Shown one piece after another: positions 1 through 13,184 of a DNA stretch of 64,000 nt. A program made the position numbers and the translations under genes. Within the stretch, counting starts at the first letter, position 1; every line of letters begins with the position of its first letter. The stretch is from Camelus dromedarius. Lineage: Eukaryota. The notes under the pieces were generated by a model. The model saw nothing but the letters and a program-made list of their open reading frames with translations, had not been told where the DNA came from and made no database searches. The DNA lies in the NCBI RefSeq assembly GCF_036321535.1, contig NC_087437.1:74154001-74218000 (forward strand). The letters are read 5' to 3'.

Positions 1-125
1 AAATATAGATTGAGGACAATGAAGATTTCAGAGAGTTTAAGATTCTTCTCAAAGTCATTGAGCCAATAAGCAGAAAATCTAGGGTTTAACTCTACCCTTT
101 CTGCTCCCAACTCCAGGAATAATCT
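1..125 (-). mobile_element. MIR SINE fragment
   Basis: Degenerate antisense MIR core (gattgaggacaatgaagatttcagagagtttaag...ctcaaagtcattgagccaataag...agggtttaactc). Confidence 0.6.
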
Positions 126-1410
126 AACACACTACATCACACATTTTAAAACTTATTCAAACAGCAACTTAAAAAAAACAAACATGGTATATACTATACA
201 CTGTTCTTGGTGCTAGGGATTAAGAGAGAAAAGACACAGACTGTTTCAGATGCTGACCACAGAATGATGTTTATAATAAAGAATGCATTCATTGCATTTA
301 AAATATTATCCAAATTAAAAATAATAGAATATTACTGTCTAATCTCAGCAACAACTATATAAATATGCAAACATTTATTATTAGTTTTTACAGAGCTTCT
401 CAGAGCACTATATATGTGGTCCTTTCCAACGACCCCTTGAGTTGTTTGTATAATTTTATTTCCCCCATTCTTCAAATAAAGAAACTAAGATATTAGTTAT
501 TTATTCAAAATTAAGTATCTTTTTAGGAGATAGGGAAGTAGTAGTCAAGACTAGAACCCCTGGTACTGGGCGTCCTAAAACAGACCCTTCTCAATAAATT
601 TCACTGCATTAAAAAAATATGTTTTAGGATAATAGAAAATTCAAGCTTCCAGGCTGCTAAACAAAGAATACTTTTCTCATTTTGCTAACAAATGATGGTG
701 ATGATTATGATGCTCTTATATATTTTTAATTATAAAGGATGCACTTTTGAATGTTATAATATAGGAAATCTATTGTTAGTAGTTCATCTCATCACAATAT
801 GGTTTACTGATACTAATATGTTGATGTTTCGTCCTCTACACTATCCTGGGGTGTGAAGAGAGATTGGGGCATATGCTGAAGAACTCTTTGTCACTGTAGA
901 TGAATAGGTAATATGGATAGTTTCTATATTATCCAAGGTAATAAAAAAACAGAATCTTAGGCTAAGGTAACAGGGACAGCTATGACACCTGGTCTAATTC
1001 ATATCATGTTTCATAGTCAAGCCTGCTTCTGGGGCTTATCAGCAACCTCCTTTCCACTTCCTCCTTGACTAAGTCAGCAAATTCCACGTGCTTTCAACGT
1101 CTAGCTCAACTCTGCCTCTTTTGTTAGTATTCAGTGAAGTATGCCAGTCTGTACCGACTTCTCCCTTCTCACATTCCTTTGGGTCTGAGCCAGTGATTCT
1201 CAGCCTATTTTTATCCAAGAAATAACAGACATTTGCATTCATAACCTACTCTCCCTAGATAAGCCAATATTTTGATATCCCCCATTTTTCAACAACCTAA
1301 AGCAAAAGGTTACATTTTTGACATAGCATGCGTAAGAATATCTACAACATACAAATAAATATTAACAACCTTCCAAAATGGTAAAACATGAAAACCTATA
1401 ACAAAAGAAT

Positions 1411-1633
1411 CATAGCTAACACGTCCATAGTACTTGCCACACGTCAGGGACTCTAAATCATTCATTCTTCACAATAACTCGATAAAGTAGGAATCGTATT
1501 ATCCCCAATTTACAGATAAGGAAATAAAAGTATGTATCAATTAAATGACTGGCCCAAGAAAACACAACTAGTAAATCACAAAGCTGACATTGGAATGTAT
1601 GCAGCCCGACTCCATAGCTGATGCTTTTAACCA
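1411..1633 (-). mobile_element. MIR SINE, near full length
   Basis: atagctaacac...ttcacaataactc...attatccccaatttacagataaggaaa...tgactggcccaag...gactccatagctgatgcttttaacca follows the antisense MIR consensus in order. Confidence 0.8.
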
Positions 1634-2041
1634 AGAGTTCACTTTTACTTTGTGAGCACAGTTTCTAGACCTTACTGGCTGTAACTACAACTCTTTCCTT
1701 CCCATCAGAAAACATGTCAGATTGCAAGTGAGATAATACTATTGTAAAGGTTTTAAAATATGAAAAATGGAAATTATTCAAAGCTTTAGAGAATTTAATT
1801 TTTATTAAGTGATTTTCTTATGTACAGCATATAACTGATAAAGCAAGAACTTATAGGAGTTAGGTACTAACTTTAATTTTAGAAATGACTGTTCACTGCA
1901 GTAAATTTGTATGCAATGTAGATACACAGCCTCGTGTTTATGCCATCATATGCCCATAACGCTAAGACGGTTGCTGAGTACTTGTAAGTGTTTAATTGGT
2001 AAAAAGTTCTGGAATTACCTCACTAGTTCTATCTAAGAAGA

Positions 2042-2196
2042 TAGTTTTTCAAACTTGGCTGCACATTAAGATCAGCAAGGGAGCTCTTTAAAAAGCAAGT
2101 ATCAAGACCTCACTCTCCCTGAGATTCTGATTTAATTTGCCTTGAGTGGGTATACACTTCAGGTGATTTTCATGTGCAGTGAGTGTTGAGAACAAG
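2042..2196. mobile_element. MER5-type hAT-Charlie MITE
   Basis: Termini tagtttttcaaacttggctgcacatt ... caggtgattttcatgtgcag...ttgagaac, with internal gagattctgatttaatt typical of MER5A/B. Confidence 0.7.
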
Positions 2197-5100
2197 GATC
2201 TAACAGGTGGTTACTTCCTGAGTAACTGAGGCTGGAGGAGGGAATGGCATTAGTGCTGGAAGGAAGGGAAAAGTAGCAATAAAAAAGAATAAAGAGAAGA
2301 AAGTCAAAGAAAGTTAAAGTTACTCATTTAAACCTTTTATCTTAAAATATCCCTTATAGTCAATTATGCATTTTCCTATGAATAGGCTGTTATCAATAAT
2401 ATATAATTTATATTTTTATGTAATTAGAATATAGTCTCCAATATAGTCCCCCAAACCTCTATTTTAGATTTGGGATAAGATTAGGGGAGACTTTTTTTTA
2501 AATCTTAGAATTAAAATCATACTTAGATCATATTGACAGGAAATATATTTGTTTACTGAATATATGAATGCATAAATCAATGAATAAAATTTATAGTATT
2601 GCATTCTTGGTTTCTGCTTGTTTTCTAAAGCTTTCTTTCTATTGAAGTTAAGTTCTCATCACCACATAACTCAACCCCTTTGAGGCAGGTCCGTTAGCCT
2701 TCAGTGACCTATGTGAGGAGATGATCATGCAATCACACTGATCCAGACCTGAATTTGCTTCTATCGGCACTACTGTCATCATGCTAGGATATGTATCACA
2801 TTTGCTGATACTAAATTAAAAATTTTAGTTCATTTTCTAACCCTATGGGCATTCATCCCACTGCCATTTAAATTTTCCTAGTAATTAACCTACCATGTTT
2901 TACCATTGTTTACTGCTTTTTGGTCACCAATATACCAGAGACCCTAAAAGTACTTTTACCTCTAGAAATCACAAGTTATGCCAGTTTCTTCTTCTTACTC
3001 GTTGTTAATAAAATAGCTTTTTCTTGTCTAATGTGTGTTGATTTTGTTTAGAGGCAAAATCTAATTCAGAACTTGCTCAGGAAATACTGTTAAATTTTGA
3101 AAAGAAAACCTATGAGTAATCTAGAAATCTATTTCATTGTCTATAATTTAACAAAATCTTATCCATGCAATGGCTTTGAGGCATACAGAAAGAAAATTAG
3201 GTTTGTGTTTTGAGGAAATAAAGAAGCCTGATGAAAAAAACAAAAAATCTGTTCAATACATCTCATTTTCTGTTTTTGAGTACTCCAATGTTAGTAAATA
3301 ACTCATTTTTAGAGGCTTTGATTAGATTTTGCACACACAATGTTATTTAATACTAATGATTCTTTGTATTTGGCTTGTAAGAAAAACATTACATTGTTTA
3401 CATTAACTAGAAAGAATTGATTCATTAATTTTTAGAATAATCATTTCATTTCCATTGCTTAATGCTCTTACTCTTTTTTAAAAATAGTTTTATTATAAAT
3501 AGTGAAGATATTAACCCCCACTTTAAATTCAAATAAAATGGAAATTTTCCATTAAAATGATGTTAAGTTGAAAATGCCATCTTAAGTGTTTTTGTTTATA
3601 AATGTTAATTTTTTTCTTTTACAACCTTTGTTTTTTCAGATTAAAATTAATTTAAATCTTGATATTGATATAATCATAAAGATGCTATTTTTAAATTCTT
3701 ATTTAAGTGAAAATTATTAATCAAAAAGTTTTATTTCAAAGACTGTAAATTTTGACAAATACAGTTTTATCTTAATTTATATATTTCAATGTATTTCAGT
3801 AAAAGCATTATGAAAATTTTGTTTTGTTACTTTTTGTTTGTTGTAACAACCTATGTGTAAGCATGTAAGCATGAATGCCAATTATAAACTGGTTTCACTA
3901 TCAATTGCTACTACTGTCTGTGTTAAGTCCCAGCCTGTCTTGAATGTAGTATATAACGTATCTATCAAAACAGCAAGAGAATAAAGTTCTTACTTACTAT
4001 TTCAAACTTAAGAATTATTGTTGATGATGATCGTATTGGGGAGAACAATATTATCAAAAAATGCATTACATTTCTTTTTGTGTTGTCATTTTATTTATAA
4101 GAATTATATGTCATTTATACTAATAAAGAACATTCTTCTCCATTTTTCTGTGCCAGAACATGATGAAAACAGAACATGTATACATGTACTTAAATTATAT
4201 GCACACACTACATTTGCACTCATATGTACTTATAATCACAATTCAAGAAATTTTTAATAGCCTATTTTATCCTTACAGGGAAGGGTCCTATTTAAAATTA
4301 GATATTCAGCAGTATTCACTTACACGTTTAGCAAAAATTTATCTTTGTGTTCCAGATCTCATTTTTATATAGAAGATCATTGACTTTAAGAATCTCACAG
4401 TGTAGAGGGAACTTAAAATTCATAATAGGTCATTATATAACAGTGTCACAGATAAAATTCAATTTTATTGTAGTCATTCAACAAATACTTCATGATCCAC
4501 TACAGTGTGCATGATCAGAGCACAGTATTTGTGTACTACGCTTTTTGACTTTTACCTGTATTGAGTCATAATACTGTTTTCCAGAGTTTGTTAGTTAGCC
4601 CTTTTCTTCTCTATTATTATTGCTATGTCATTCATTTGTAGGCAGTTATTCAATACCTTTTCATTCATTTGTAGTCAGCTATTTGTAACACGTTTTTGTC
4701 ATAAGTTTTATGGGTTCCCCATATTCAGATTGAATTTTTTTTTTTTTTTGAAATTTACATGACATAGAATTCTTTTCTTGAATATGGTTCTATGGATTTT
4801 GACAAACCACAGATTATTTTTTATTAAAATAATTAAAGTTAAATGGTTGCATGCTTCAAATTTTCTTTCAGTCCCATAGGTCTGATTTCTATAGCTATAA
4901 TTCGCTTAATTAGAGAAGTGATTAATTGGGCTAGCAAGAGAATATTAAAGAAATGAGTGAGAAATAGTGCAGAAAAAATTAGATTGTTAAAAAATACAAA
5001 ACAAATTTTAAAAAAGCCCACGGTCTTCCATAATTGTTGACTGAACTTAAGTAGAAGTTGCACATATATTACAGCAGCACACTTTGGCCATGATTTCCCA

Positions 5101-5379
5101 CATGCTTTATCTTCTTTTTGGTGGGAGTGGTATTGAATTAATCATGCCCACAGTTTAGTTTTAGGATTCAACTTAAAGTATCCAGAACTTACACTGAGAC
5201 ACAAATCAGCGAAAAATAGCTCTCAGAGTTTCTAGAAGAAAAGGGAAGAGCTTTGAATACTTACTTCATTTGCATGTATAAGTAGTTGTGGAAATAAAAT
5301 ATGATTTGAAAAACAGATCTATGGAAAAATGACAAAATATATACACTCAACTTAATGTAACTAATTATTTTCTTATAGA

Positions 5380-7170
5380 GTCAATTGCTCTCCCACTTTC
5401 CTAAATAAGTACTTCATGTCTTCTCTCCTTAAATATCAAAACCTCCTCCACCATCTGCACTCTCGAATGATGACCTTGCTTCACATTTCTCTGAGAAAAT
5501 AGATGTAATTAAAATAATGTCTTACAAGTCTCCAAAATATCTACCATCTACTTGTCCATATACCCTGGCTTCTCTTCTATTACCATTAGATAGAGATCAA
5601 TAGACAGATACATAACATACATAGAACTTTCCTTGCTCCTAACAAAGGCCGATCACTTACTCAAAGACATTTGATCCAGAGACTGTCTCCTGTCAAGCAA
5701 GTAACAATTTTTCTCTTGTACAACATTATCGTTATCACAATACAAACATGTTAATGTTTCTATATAATATTTTGTACCTTTTAAAAATCACCTGGTAATA
5801 CAGCGTTCTAATTCCTTTTCTCATCTCTGTTCCACTGAAACTGCTCTTGACAAAGTCACAAATAATCTCCATCCACACTATTAAATCTAACAGATAATTC
5901 TAAATTTTCATCTTAGTCATCTCTCTGTAAATTTGACACTATTTTTTTTTTTTTGATTACTCTCTTTTCCTAGAAACAGTTCTTTCACTTGGCTTCCAAG
6001 AGAGAGTAAACTCATCCTATTTCATTCTCAGTCTCACTTTATAATTCTTCCTCATCTTCACAGCCAGAATAAACCTTCCTGATCAAAATGTCCCAGAATT
6101 TAGTTCTCGGGTGAACTTCCTTTTCTTCTTACATGTATATCCTTGGTGGCTTCATTTGGTCTTATGCTTTCTATACAATCTGCATGTTTATGGATTGCAA
6201 ATGTAAATCTCCACCTGGACTTCCTTCTGAATTTCAGACTACAAATACAGTTGCCTGCTTAACATACCCACTTGGATGTCTAATAACAACTGAAACTTAA
6301 CACACCAAATTGATTTGATCTTTTCCCCAAATCCTTCCACTTCCACAGTCTTGTCCAGATCGACAACTGGTAACTTTATTCTTCAATTGTTAAAAATCTC
6401 CTCTTTTTCTTTACCTCGTCTTTTTCTCACACATTCCATCAACCCCTTAAGCAAATACTGCTAACTTTACCTTTACATCAAGAATTTGGCTATTTCTCAT
6501 AATTTCTACTGCCATCTCCCTAGACCAAGCCACTGTAATTTTTTCACCTTAACTACACAATAGTCCCCTAGTGGGTTTCTATGGTAGAACCTCTTTTCCA
6601 CTGCTGTATAGTCTCAACACAGTAGTCAGAGCAAGCCTTCTGAAAGGTAAACCCCTTCTCTATCCAAAGCCCTCCATTATATGCCAACAAGTCTGTAGTG
6701 ACCTGTGCTGGTCCCTGATTACCTCTCTGACACTGCTTCCATTTTGCACCATATTCCAGGTACAGTAGCCTCATTTCTGTTTCTCAGACACACTCCTCTC
6801 CTGCCTCAGGGCCTTTTCATTCATTCTTCCTTTGCCAGAAACTCTCTTGCATCTTTATATTGCCACGGCTGGCTCTCTCATCCACTTCAAGTCTTGTTCG
6901 AACGTCATCTCCTCATTAAGTCTTTAGTGACCACACAGTTTTAAATTGTAACCTCTTCACCCTTGGAATTCCACATCCATATTTCCTAACTTAATTTTCT
7001 CTGAAACATATATCATCTGTCTTAAGCAACAATATTTGTCAGTGATGTGTTAATGATCTCTCTTCCTATATGAAAATGAAGGTAGGGATTTTTGTCTGTT
7101 GTATTTACTGCTCTATCCTCAATAACTAGAACCATGTCTGTCATGTTACAGGTATTCAGTAGATTAATAA
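5380..7170 (+). mobile_element. L2 (L2a-like) LINE, 3' part of ORF2 and 3' end, decayed
   Basis: Pyrimidine-rich L2 motifs: gatgaccttgcttcacatttctctgagaaaataga; tccactgaaactgctcttgacaaagtcacaaataatctcc; cacttggatgtctaata; 3' end gggatttttgtctgttgtatttactgctctatcctcaataactagaacc. Confidence 0.85.
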
Positions 7171-7911
7171 GACTTTCAAATATCCTCAACAATACTAACT
7201 CCTCTCCCTGCTTCTGCTATTACCTTAGTTAAAACCTTCATCTTTAATGTGAACCATCACAGTAGCTTTCTACATAATTTTCATGTTTTCTACACTTGTT
7301 CTACTTAATGGAGTGATTTGCTCTAAATTTATTACGCTCCTCTTCATGATCTTAGTGAGTACCCTTGATTTATTGCAGTGATTGTCTAATTCTGTTCTAT
7401 ATGAATATACAGAGAACCTTTTTTCTATTGTACAGAAGAAAAATAATCAAGGGTGGGTAAAAATGTAGGTAAGTATATAGCCAATTATATAGAAGTCTTT
7501 GTGACTTCTAGTGTGTCTGTAAATAGGTAGAGAGGTCATTTCCCAAGAGCGGGTCAAGGGAAGATGTGAGAGTGTGAGATATTCTAATGTAACATAAATT
7601 TAAATAATAGCTGTGGAGAATGGGGAAATATAACAGGGGAAATGCACAAGTAATATAAGAACATTTAAACCCTGTTTCAATTTGTGGGTCGTATTTTTAT
7701 TAGCATTAGACCAGGTGGTTTGTTGATTTTTCTTGGCTAAATTTAGCTACCTGGGAATTGAGAATTGAAGATGACCAGTTGAAATCATCCAAAGTTGAAC
7801 TTTTTTCTACCTGGATTTACCATGGAAAGACAACAGAAAAGGTGAACTGAAGATAATGTCAACAGAGTGAAATCTAGGATGGTCTGAAAATACAAAACAA
7901 CAAAACACAGA

Positions 7912-8205
7912 TGTGACAGTTAATTTTATGTGTCAACTTGACTAGGCTAAGGGAAGCCCAGATAGTTGGTAAAACATGATTTCTGGGTGTATTTGATAGG
8001 GTTTTACTGGAAGAGACAAGTATTTGAATCAGTAGAAGGAGTAAAGATGATCCACCCTCACCAGTGTGGATGGGCATCATCCAATCTGTTGAGGGCCCTA
8101 ATAGAACAAAAAAGTGGACACAAATTTCCTTCCTCTTCTTGAGCTGAAACATCCTTCTCCTCCTGCCCTGAGATATCAGAGCCCCTGCTTCTTGGGTCTT
8201 CAGAC
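7912..8205 (+). mobile_element. MLT2 (ERV-L) LTR, 5' portion only
   Basis: Begins tgtgacagttaattttatgtgtcaacttgactaggc; contains gggcatcatccaatctgttgagggcc. Similar to the LTRs at 19327, 25257 and 59616. Truncated before an A/G-rich tract. Confidence 0.85.
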
Positions 8206-8309
8206 ATATTTCAGCAAAGAAAGGAAAAGAGGAAATAAGGAAGAAAGGAAAGAAAGAAAGGAAGAAAGATCCTGCCTGAAGCCAGGATCCATGCTATCTT
8301 TTCAGCAGC

Positions 8310-10010
8310 AGTGATATAGAGTTCAATAACTTATAAGTTTTGAGAAAATAATTTCAACCTACAAGATTTATACACCTGACTGAATTGGTAATTTTAGACA
8401 GGCAAATTTAAGACACAAAGTTCATAGTCAATATACCCTTTCTAAGGAAGTCACAGGGAAATGTATCTTAGTCAAACAAGTTTGAAGACTAAAAATGAGG
8501 AAAACAATGGAATTACTCCAAAACTGTGATAAAAATAAAGTTCAGAATGACAGATTGTGATAGACAGGAAGAATAACCATCCTAAATAAAACAGAAATCA
8601 ACAGCCTCCAAATTCAGGTAATGGAATAAAAACCTAAAATATATCACCCACAAGTTAGAGAAATCATTTGTATCTTTTCTAAGAAACTGAAAGCAATTTA
8701 AAATTTCAATATATAATATATAAGTATATATGATATATTATTACATATAACAGTAATAAGTGGGGAAAAACTACAACAAAGTTGTGATCCAAATATGAAG
8801 TAAACTGATTTTCCTAATCTTAAGCCACTGATAGAATGCAAGAAATGATTAAATTTTACATCAGGACCATTTGCTTTCAATGGCACAAGGATTGTTATAA
8901 TGAATCTATAAGAAAGAAACAAAACCCAATCACTCTGCTTGCCTCTGTGCTGGGTAATATTTCATTGTAAAGTAAATCCTGTTATTTGCTTTTTAACATT
9001 TAGAATTTACCTGGAGATCAAACAAAGAAGTTTAAATAGGGTTTAACAAACAAACTCATAGAAAAATAGAACAGATTTGTGGTTACCAAAGGCAGGGAGT
9101 GGGGAGAGGAGGAATTGGATGAAGGCAATCAAAAGGTACAGCCTCCACTTTTAAAATAAATAAGTTCTAGGGATGTAAAGTACAACATGATAAATACAAT
9201 AAACACTGCTGTAGGTAATATATGAAAGTTGTTAAGAGACTCTATACTAAGAGTTCTCACCACAAAGTAAAAATATATTTTTCTATTTCTTACATTTTAT
9301 ATCTAGATGAGATGATGGATGCTCACTAAACTTACTGTGGTCATCATTTCATGATGTATGTAAGTTAGATCATTATGCTGTATACCTTAAACTTACACAG
9401 TGCTGTGTGTCAACTGCATCTCAATAAAACTGGAAAAAAAAGGTTTAAAAATAAATGAATAAAATTTTAAAACAAAATGTAAGTATTACCTATTCTGAAA
9501 ATTCAGCAAAACAACTGACAGAACTTGGGAAGTTTAGAGAAGACAGAGAGGTGTGGAGCAAAATGTGGTATTAACAAAATAAAATACAGCCAATAGAACT
9601 GTTAAGTTTAAGAAAGAAAGGAGATATCGCACAAAGCCAAAAGTTATAGTAACTATTAATTATTAAATTAACCAAGGATATGAAGGGATAAATTAAAAAT
9701 AATCACATAAGTATAAAAATGGTAGGTAGGTAAGAGAGTATGTGAATGAAAAGTCTTCATTTTTCATAGTCAATAAATAAAATGTTTTATAAACAAAGTC
9801 AATAAATAATGTCTAGATAATAAGTAATGTTATATGCCTATGACTTCATCTGAGAAATAATCAGCAATAGGAATAAAAACAGAAATAGTTAAAATGGTTT
9901 CTTCAATGGGAAGGGACTGAGAAGTTAAAGGAGTTAGAGGTGGCTAGCTTTTTATTGTAGACATTCTGTTCCTTTTATTTATGTATTACCACATGCATAT
10001 ATAACTTTGT
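8310..10010 (+). mobile_element. Very old L1-related (HAL1/L1ME-like) remnant, interrupted by a younger L1 3' end
   Basis: ORF1-like taatttcaacctacaagatttatacacctg near 8350; 3'-end-like catgcatatataactttg near 10000. Heavily decayed. Confidence 0.35.
9045..9441 (+). mobile_element. L1 3' UTR (L1MA9-like), 5'-truncated
   Basis: aaacaaactcatag...gtggttaccaaaggc...gatgtaaagtacaacatg...aagagttctcaccaca...ccttaaacttacacagtgctg...ctcaataaaactggaaaaaaaa; flanked on both sides by ggtttaa (possible partial TSD). Confidence 0.85.
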
Positions 10011-10545
10011 TTCCTTTTAACTTATATTTTTACCAAATAGGGAAGTATTTTTCTCAGATAGTCATATAAAAACATCTCACCCTGATATCTTCTTTAGCAA
10101 TGGTGTATGTTATCCAGGAAAGGACCAGAGCAGGGGTCCTAAGAGCTACTCAGCCATGGTGGATACATTAATAATGAAGCCAGAGTTGGAGTCCAAGAGA
10201 AAACAGCTAAAATAGCAGAGAACTAGTTGAAATCCACGTAGAAAGGCAGACACTAGAACTCCTAAAGCAGATATTCACAAGACATGGCCATGGGAGGCAA
10301 GAATACTGATAAGCCAGTCTGAATCTATGTCCAGATCATTATTAACTCATTGGATCCTCAAGTGCTAATTGTAGCCAAAATGGAGCAGGGAAACATTACA
10401 CCCAGTTACAGACAAGGACAAAAATAATGAAATCATTAGAAAGTCTCTGAAATGATTCTCCCTTGACAATTCCACAGTCACTGTTTTAGGTAATCTGAAC
10501 AAGAGATTACTGAAAAGAAGTCAGTGTACACTTCCTTAACCTGTA

Positions 10546-10750
10546 CAGTCAGTTCTCATTATTAATGGTTGTAATGCTCTACAAAGTCACTGCAAGCACT
10601 GCATTGGCAAATACTGAAACACTGCTCCTAGGGGAAACACAGGGCTAGGTTCCTATGAGCCTCTGGTCATAACATTTTCATCAACAGATTGATATATAAT
10701 GTTTTTTTATATGTATTTCTATTTACAGAAACCTTATTTAACATATTTTG
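10546..10750 (+). mobile_element. MER82-like TcMar-Tigger DNA transposon, 5' part
   Basis: TA followed by cagtcagttctcattatt; tgctcctaggggaaacacagggctaggttcctatgagcctctggtcataacattttc matches the recalled MER82 consensus. Confidence 0.75.
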
Positions 10751-10759
10751 ACTTTCTAA

Positions 10760-11830
10760 CATTTCATATAGATGGATTTATACTGTTTGAACTTATATTC
10801 ATCTGGCTTATTTCCTACAATAAAATATTTTTATATTCATCCATGCTATTGCCTATATCAGCAGTTTGTTTATTTTTATTGTTTAGTAGTATCCCATTGT
10901 ATGAATTTATGAAAATACATTTATTAAGTTACTTGCTAATAAATATTTGGGTTGTTTTTATTTCTTGACTCTTATGACTAAAGCTAATATAAACATTCCT
11001 GTACAAGTCTTTTTAATGGACAAATGTTACACATCTCTTTGATAACAGTGAAGATGTTGGGTGGTATAATAGGTGTACCTTCACATTTATAAGACATTGA
11101 CAAATAGTTTTCCAAAATGGCTCTATCATTTTACATTGTCACCTATAATGTATAAGTGTTCAAGCTGCTCTGCATCATTGCCAACATTTATTGTTGTCTT
11201 TTCCATTTTAGCTATCCTATCAGGTGGGGAATTGTATCTAACTGTGCTTTTAAGGTGAGTTTTCCTGATAACTATTGATGCTGAGCATCCTTTCAATATT
11301 TACTTCACATTCATATACTTTCTTTTGTGAAATGTCTGTTCCAGTATTTTGAGTTTGTCCATTTTCTCATTGCATTGATTTATTTTTTTTCTGTGATAGC
11401 TTAAATATCAATGTATCTCCATAATATAAATATATAAGTATATATATGTGCAAAGTTTTGAAATCATGGTACTGCTAGTCCTCCAGCCCTGTTCTTATTT
11501 TACAAAACTGCTTTAACTAATTTAGGTTGTATTTTCATATAAATTTTAGAATCAGCAAGTCAATTTCTATCAAAATATATCTGTTGGCATTTTCATTTGG
11601 ATTACATTGAGTCAATAAATACCTTTGGGGAAAATTAATACCCTAACAACATTGAATCTCCCAATACATGTATGTGGCATACCTCACCATTAATTAGGTT
11701 TCCTTTTGTTTCTCTTTAGCATTATTTTGTATTTTTCAGTGTATACGGCTAGTACTTATTTTGATAAATGTTTCTCTAAATATTTCATGCTTTTTTGGTG
11801 TGTCATTTCTTTTCAAATTAGCTTTTACAA
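10760..11830 (-). mobile_element. Old L1 (L1M-type) 3' UTR/ORF2 fragments
   Basis: Antisense L1 motifs: agtagtatcccattgtatga; gttttccaaaatggct...catttttacattg; ttttcatataaattttagaatcagc; acattgaatctcccaatacatg. Confidence 0.75.
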
Positions 11831-11949
11831 TCATTTTATACCATATGTTCAGAAATAATCAAATTTAAAGGGAACATTGATGAGTTAATTATAGAGTTAA
11901 ATTACAGAGTTAATCAAGTGTCCATTAGATCCTCTAATCTACTCTATAA

Positions 11950-12430
11950 ACTCACAACTCAATGACAGTTTAGTCATTGGTTCCCTGACCATTTCCAGTG
12001 ATAATACCCTTCTTATTAAAGCAAAGCATTACAGTTTTTAAAGTTGTTCTGAATATTAGAAAGTTTTTTAATGTTAAATTGAGATTTATAGTCTTAAACT
12101 TTTCACCTACCTCCCATGCCCTGAAAAGCCTTAAAAATCAATCCTAGTTGATCTTTAAAAGTCCTTTAAATATTTGAAGACCATTATCAAGTTTGTTCAT
12201 TTGTTTGTTTTCTGATTGGCTTTTTTCAAAGTTAAATATCCCCAGTTATTCCAGTTGTTAATTATGTGACACTGTCTGAGGTTCCAACAATCCAGATAAG
12301 CTCCAGCCTATGAATATTCCCTCTTAAGGGTGATGCTCATAACTAAACACAATGCTTACAGTTTGGCCTTTACAATATTAAATATATTGGGAAGATTACC
12401 TCCCTAAACTCTGACAATTTTATATTCTCA
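11950..12430 (-). mobile_element. L3/CR1 LINE fragment
   Basis: ttagaaagttttt...cctttaaatatttgaagaccattatc...ttaaatatccccagtt...ctcttaagggtgatgctcataactaaacacaatgc...gattacctccct follows the antisense L3 consensus in order. Confidence 0.6.
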
Positions 12431-13184
12431 CAGTCTGGTCCAAAAGGATCTTAGAATTGGATGTCCAACGATTAGATGACTCAGTCCTTTTATTAAGTAT
12501 GCCAGAACACTTGACCAATATTAATTTTTGTTTGTTTGTCTGTTTCTCAAAATTTTCACAGTTTTATTTCACAGTGAATTAGAATGTTAAAGCAACTGCT
12601 CTCACAATGAAGAGCTGTTTGTTGAAAATCTCTCCAAGACATTCATTTGCACATTTAGACTAGATATATACCATGTTAGATGAACATGAAATATATCTTC
12701 AATTCTAATTAGATACAGGCTTAATCAAGAGAAAAGGTCAACAATTAACATAATAATTTTACCCCTGATGTAAACCAGATAAAATAAGAATTTTATGCAA
12801 TCAAAGAGAAATATAAATTTATATTGTTAATTAACTCTTTATCCCATAAGTAAGCTCAAAGTTTTCAGTTGTTTATTTTCAAAGAGGAATGTGAGTAGAC
12901 AGCAAAAAAATGTGGTACGCTTCAAGAAACAACAAATATTTAGAAGTGGGTAGAGTTAACTGATATTCAGGTTTAAGATCACTTTAATAATATCTAATTT
13001 CAAAAACAAATCTATATATCAGAAAATTAAATTTTTACTTATGCATAAATGACTGCTAATTTACCAAAGGATTCTTCATCATAGTTTTACTTGTAATACT
13101 GAACTCTTGAATATATTTAAACTGATATTAATTACAAGTGTTTCAGCTGATCAAATAGTTATCTCTGATTAATATATAATAAAT

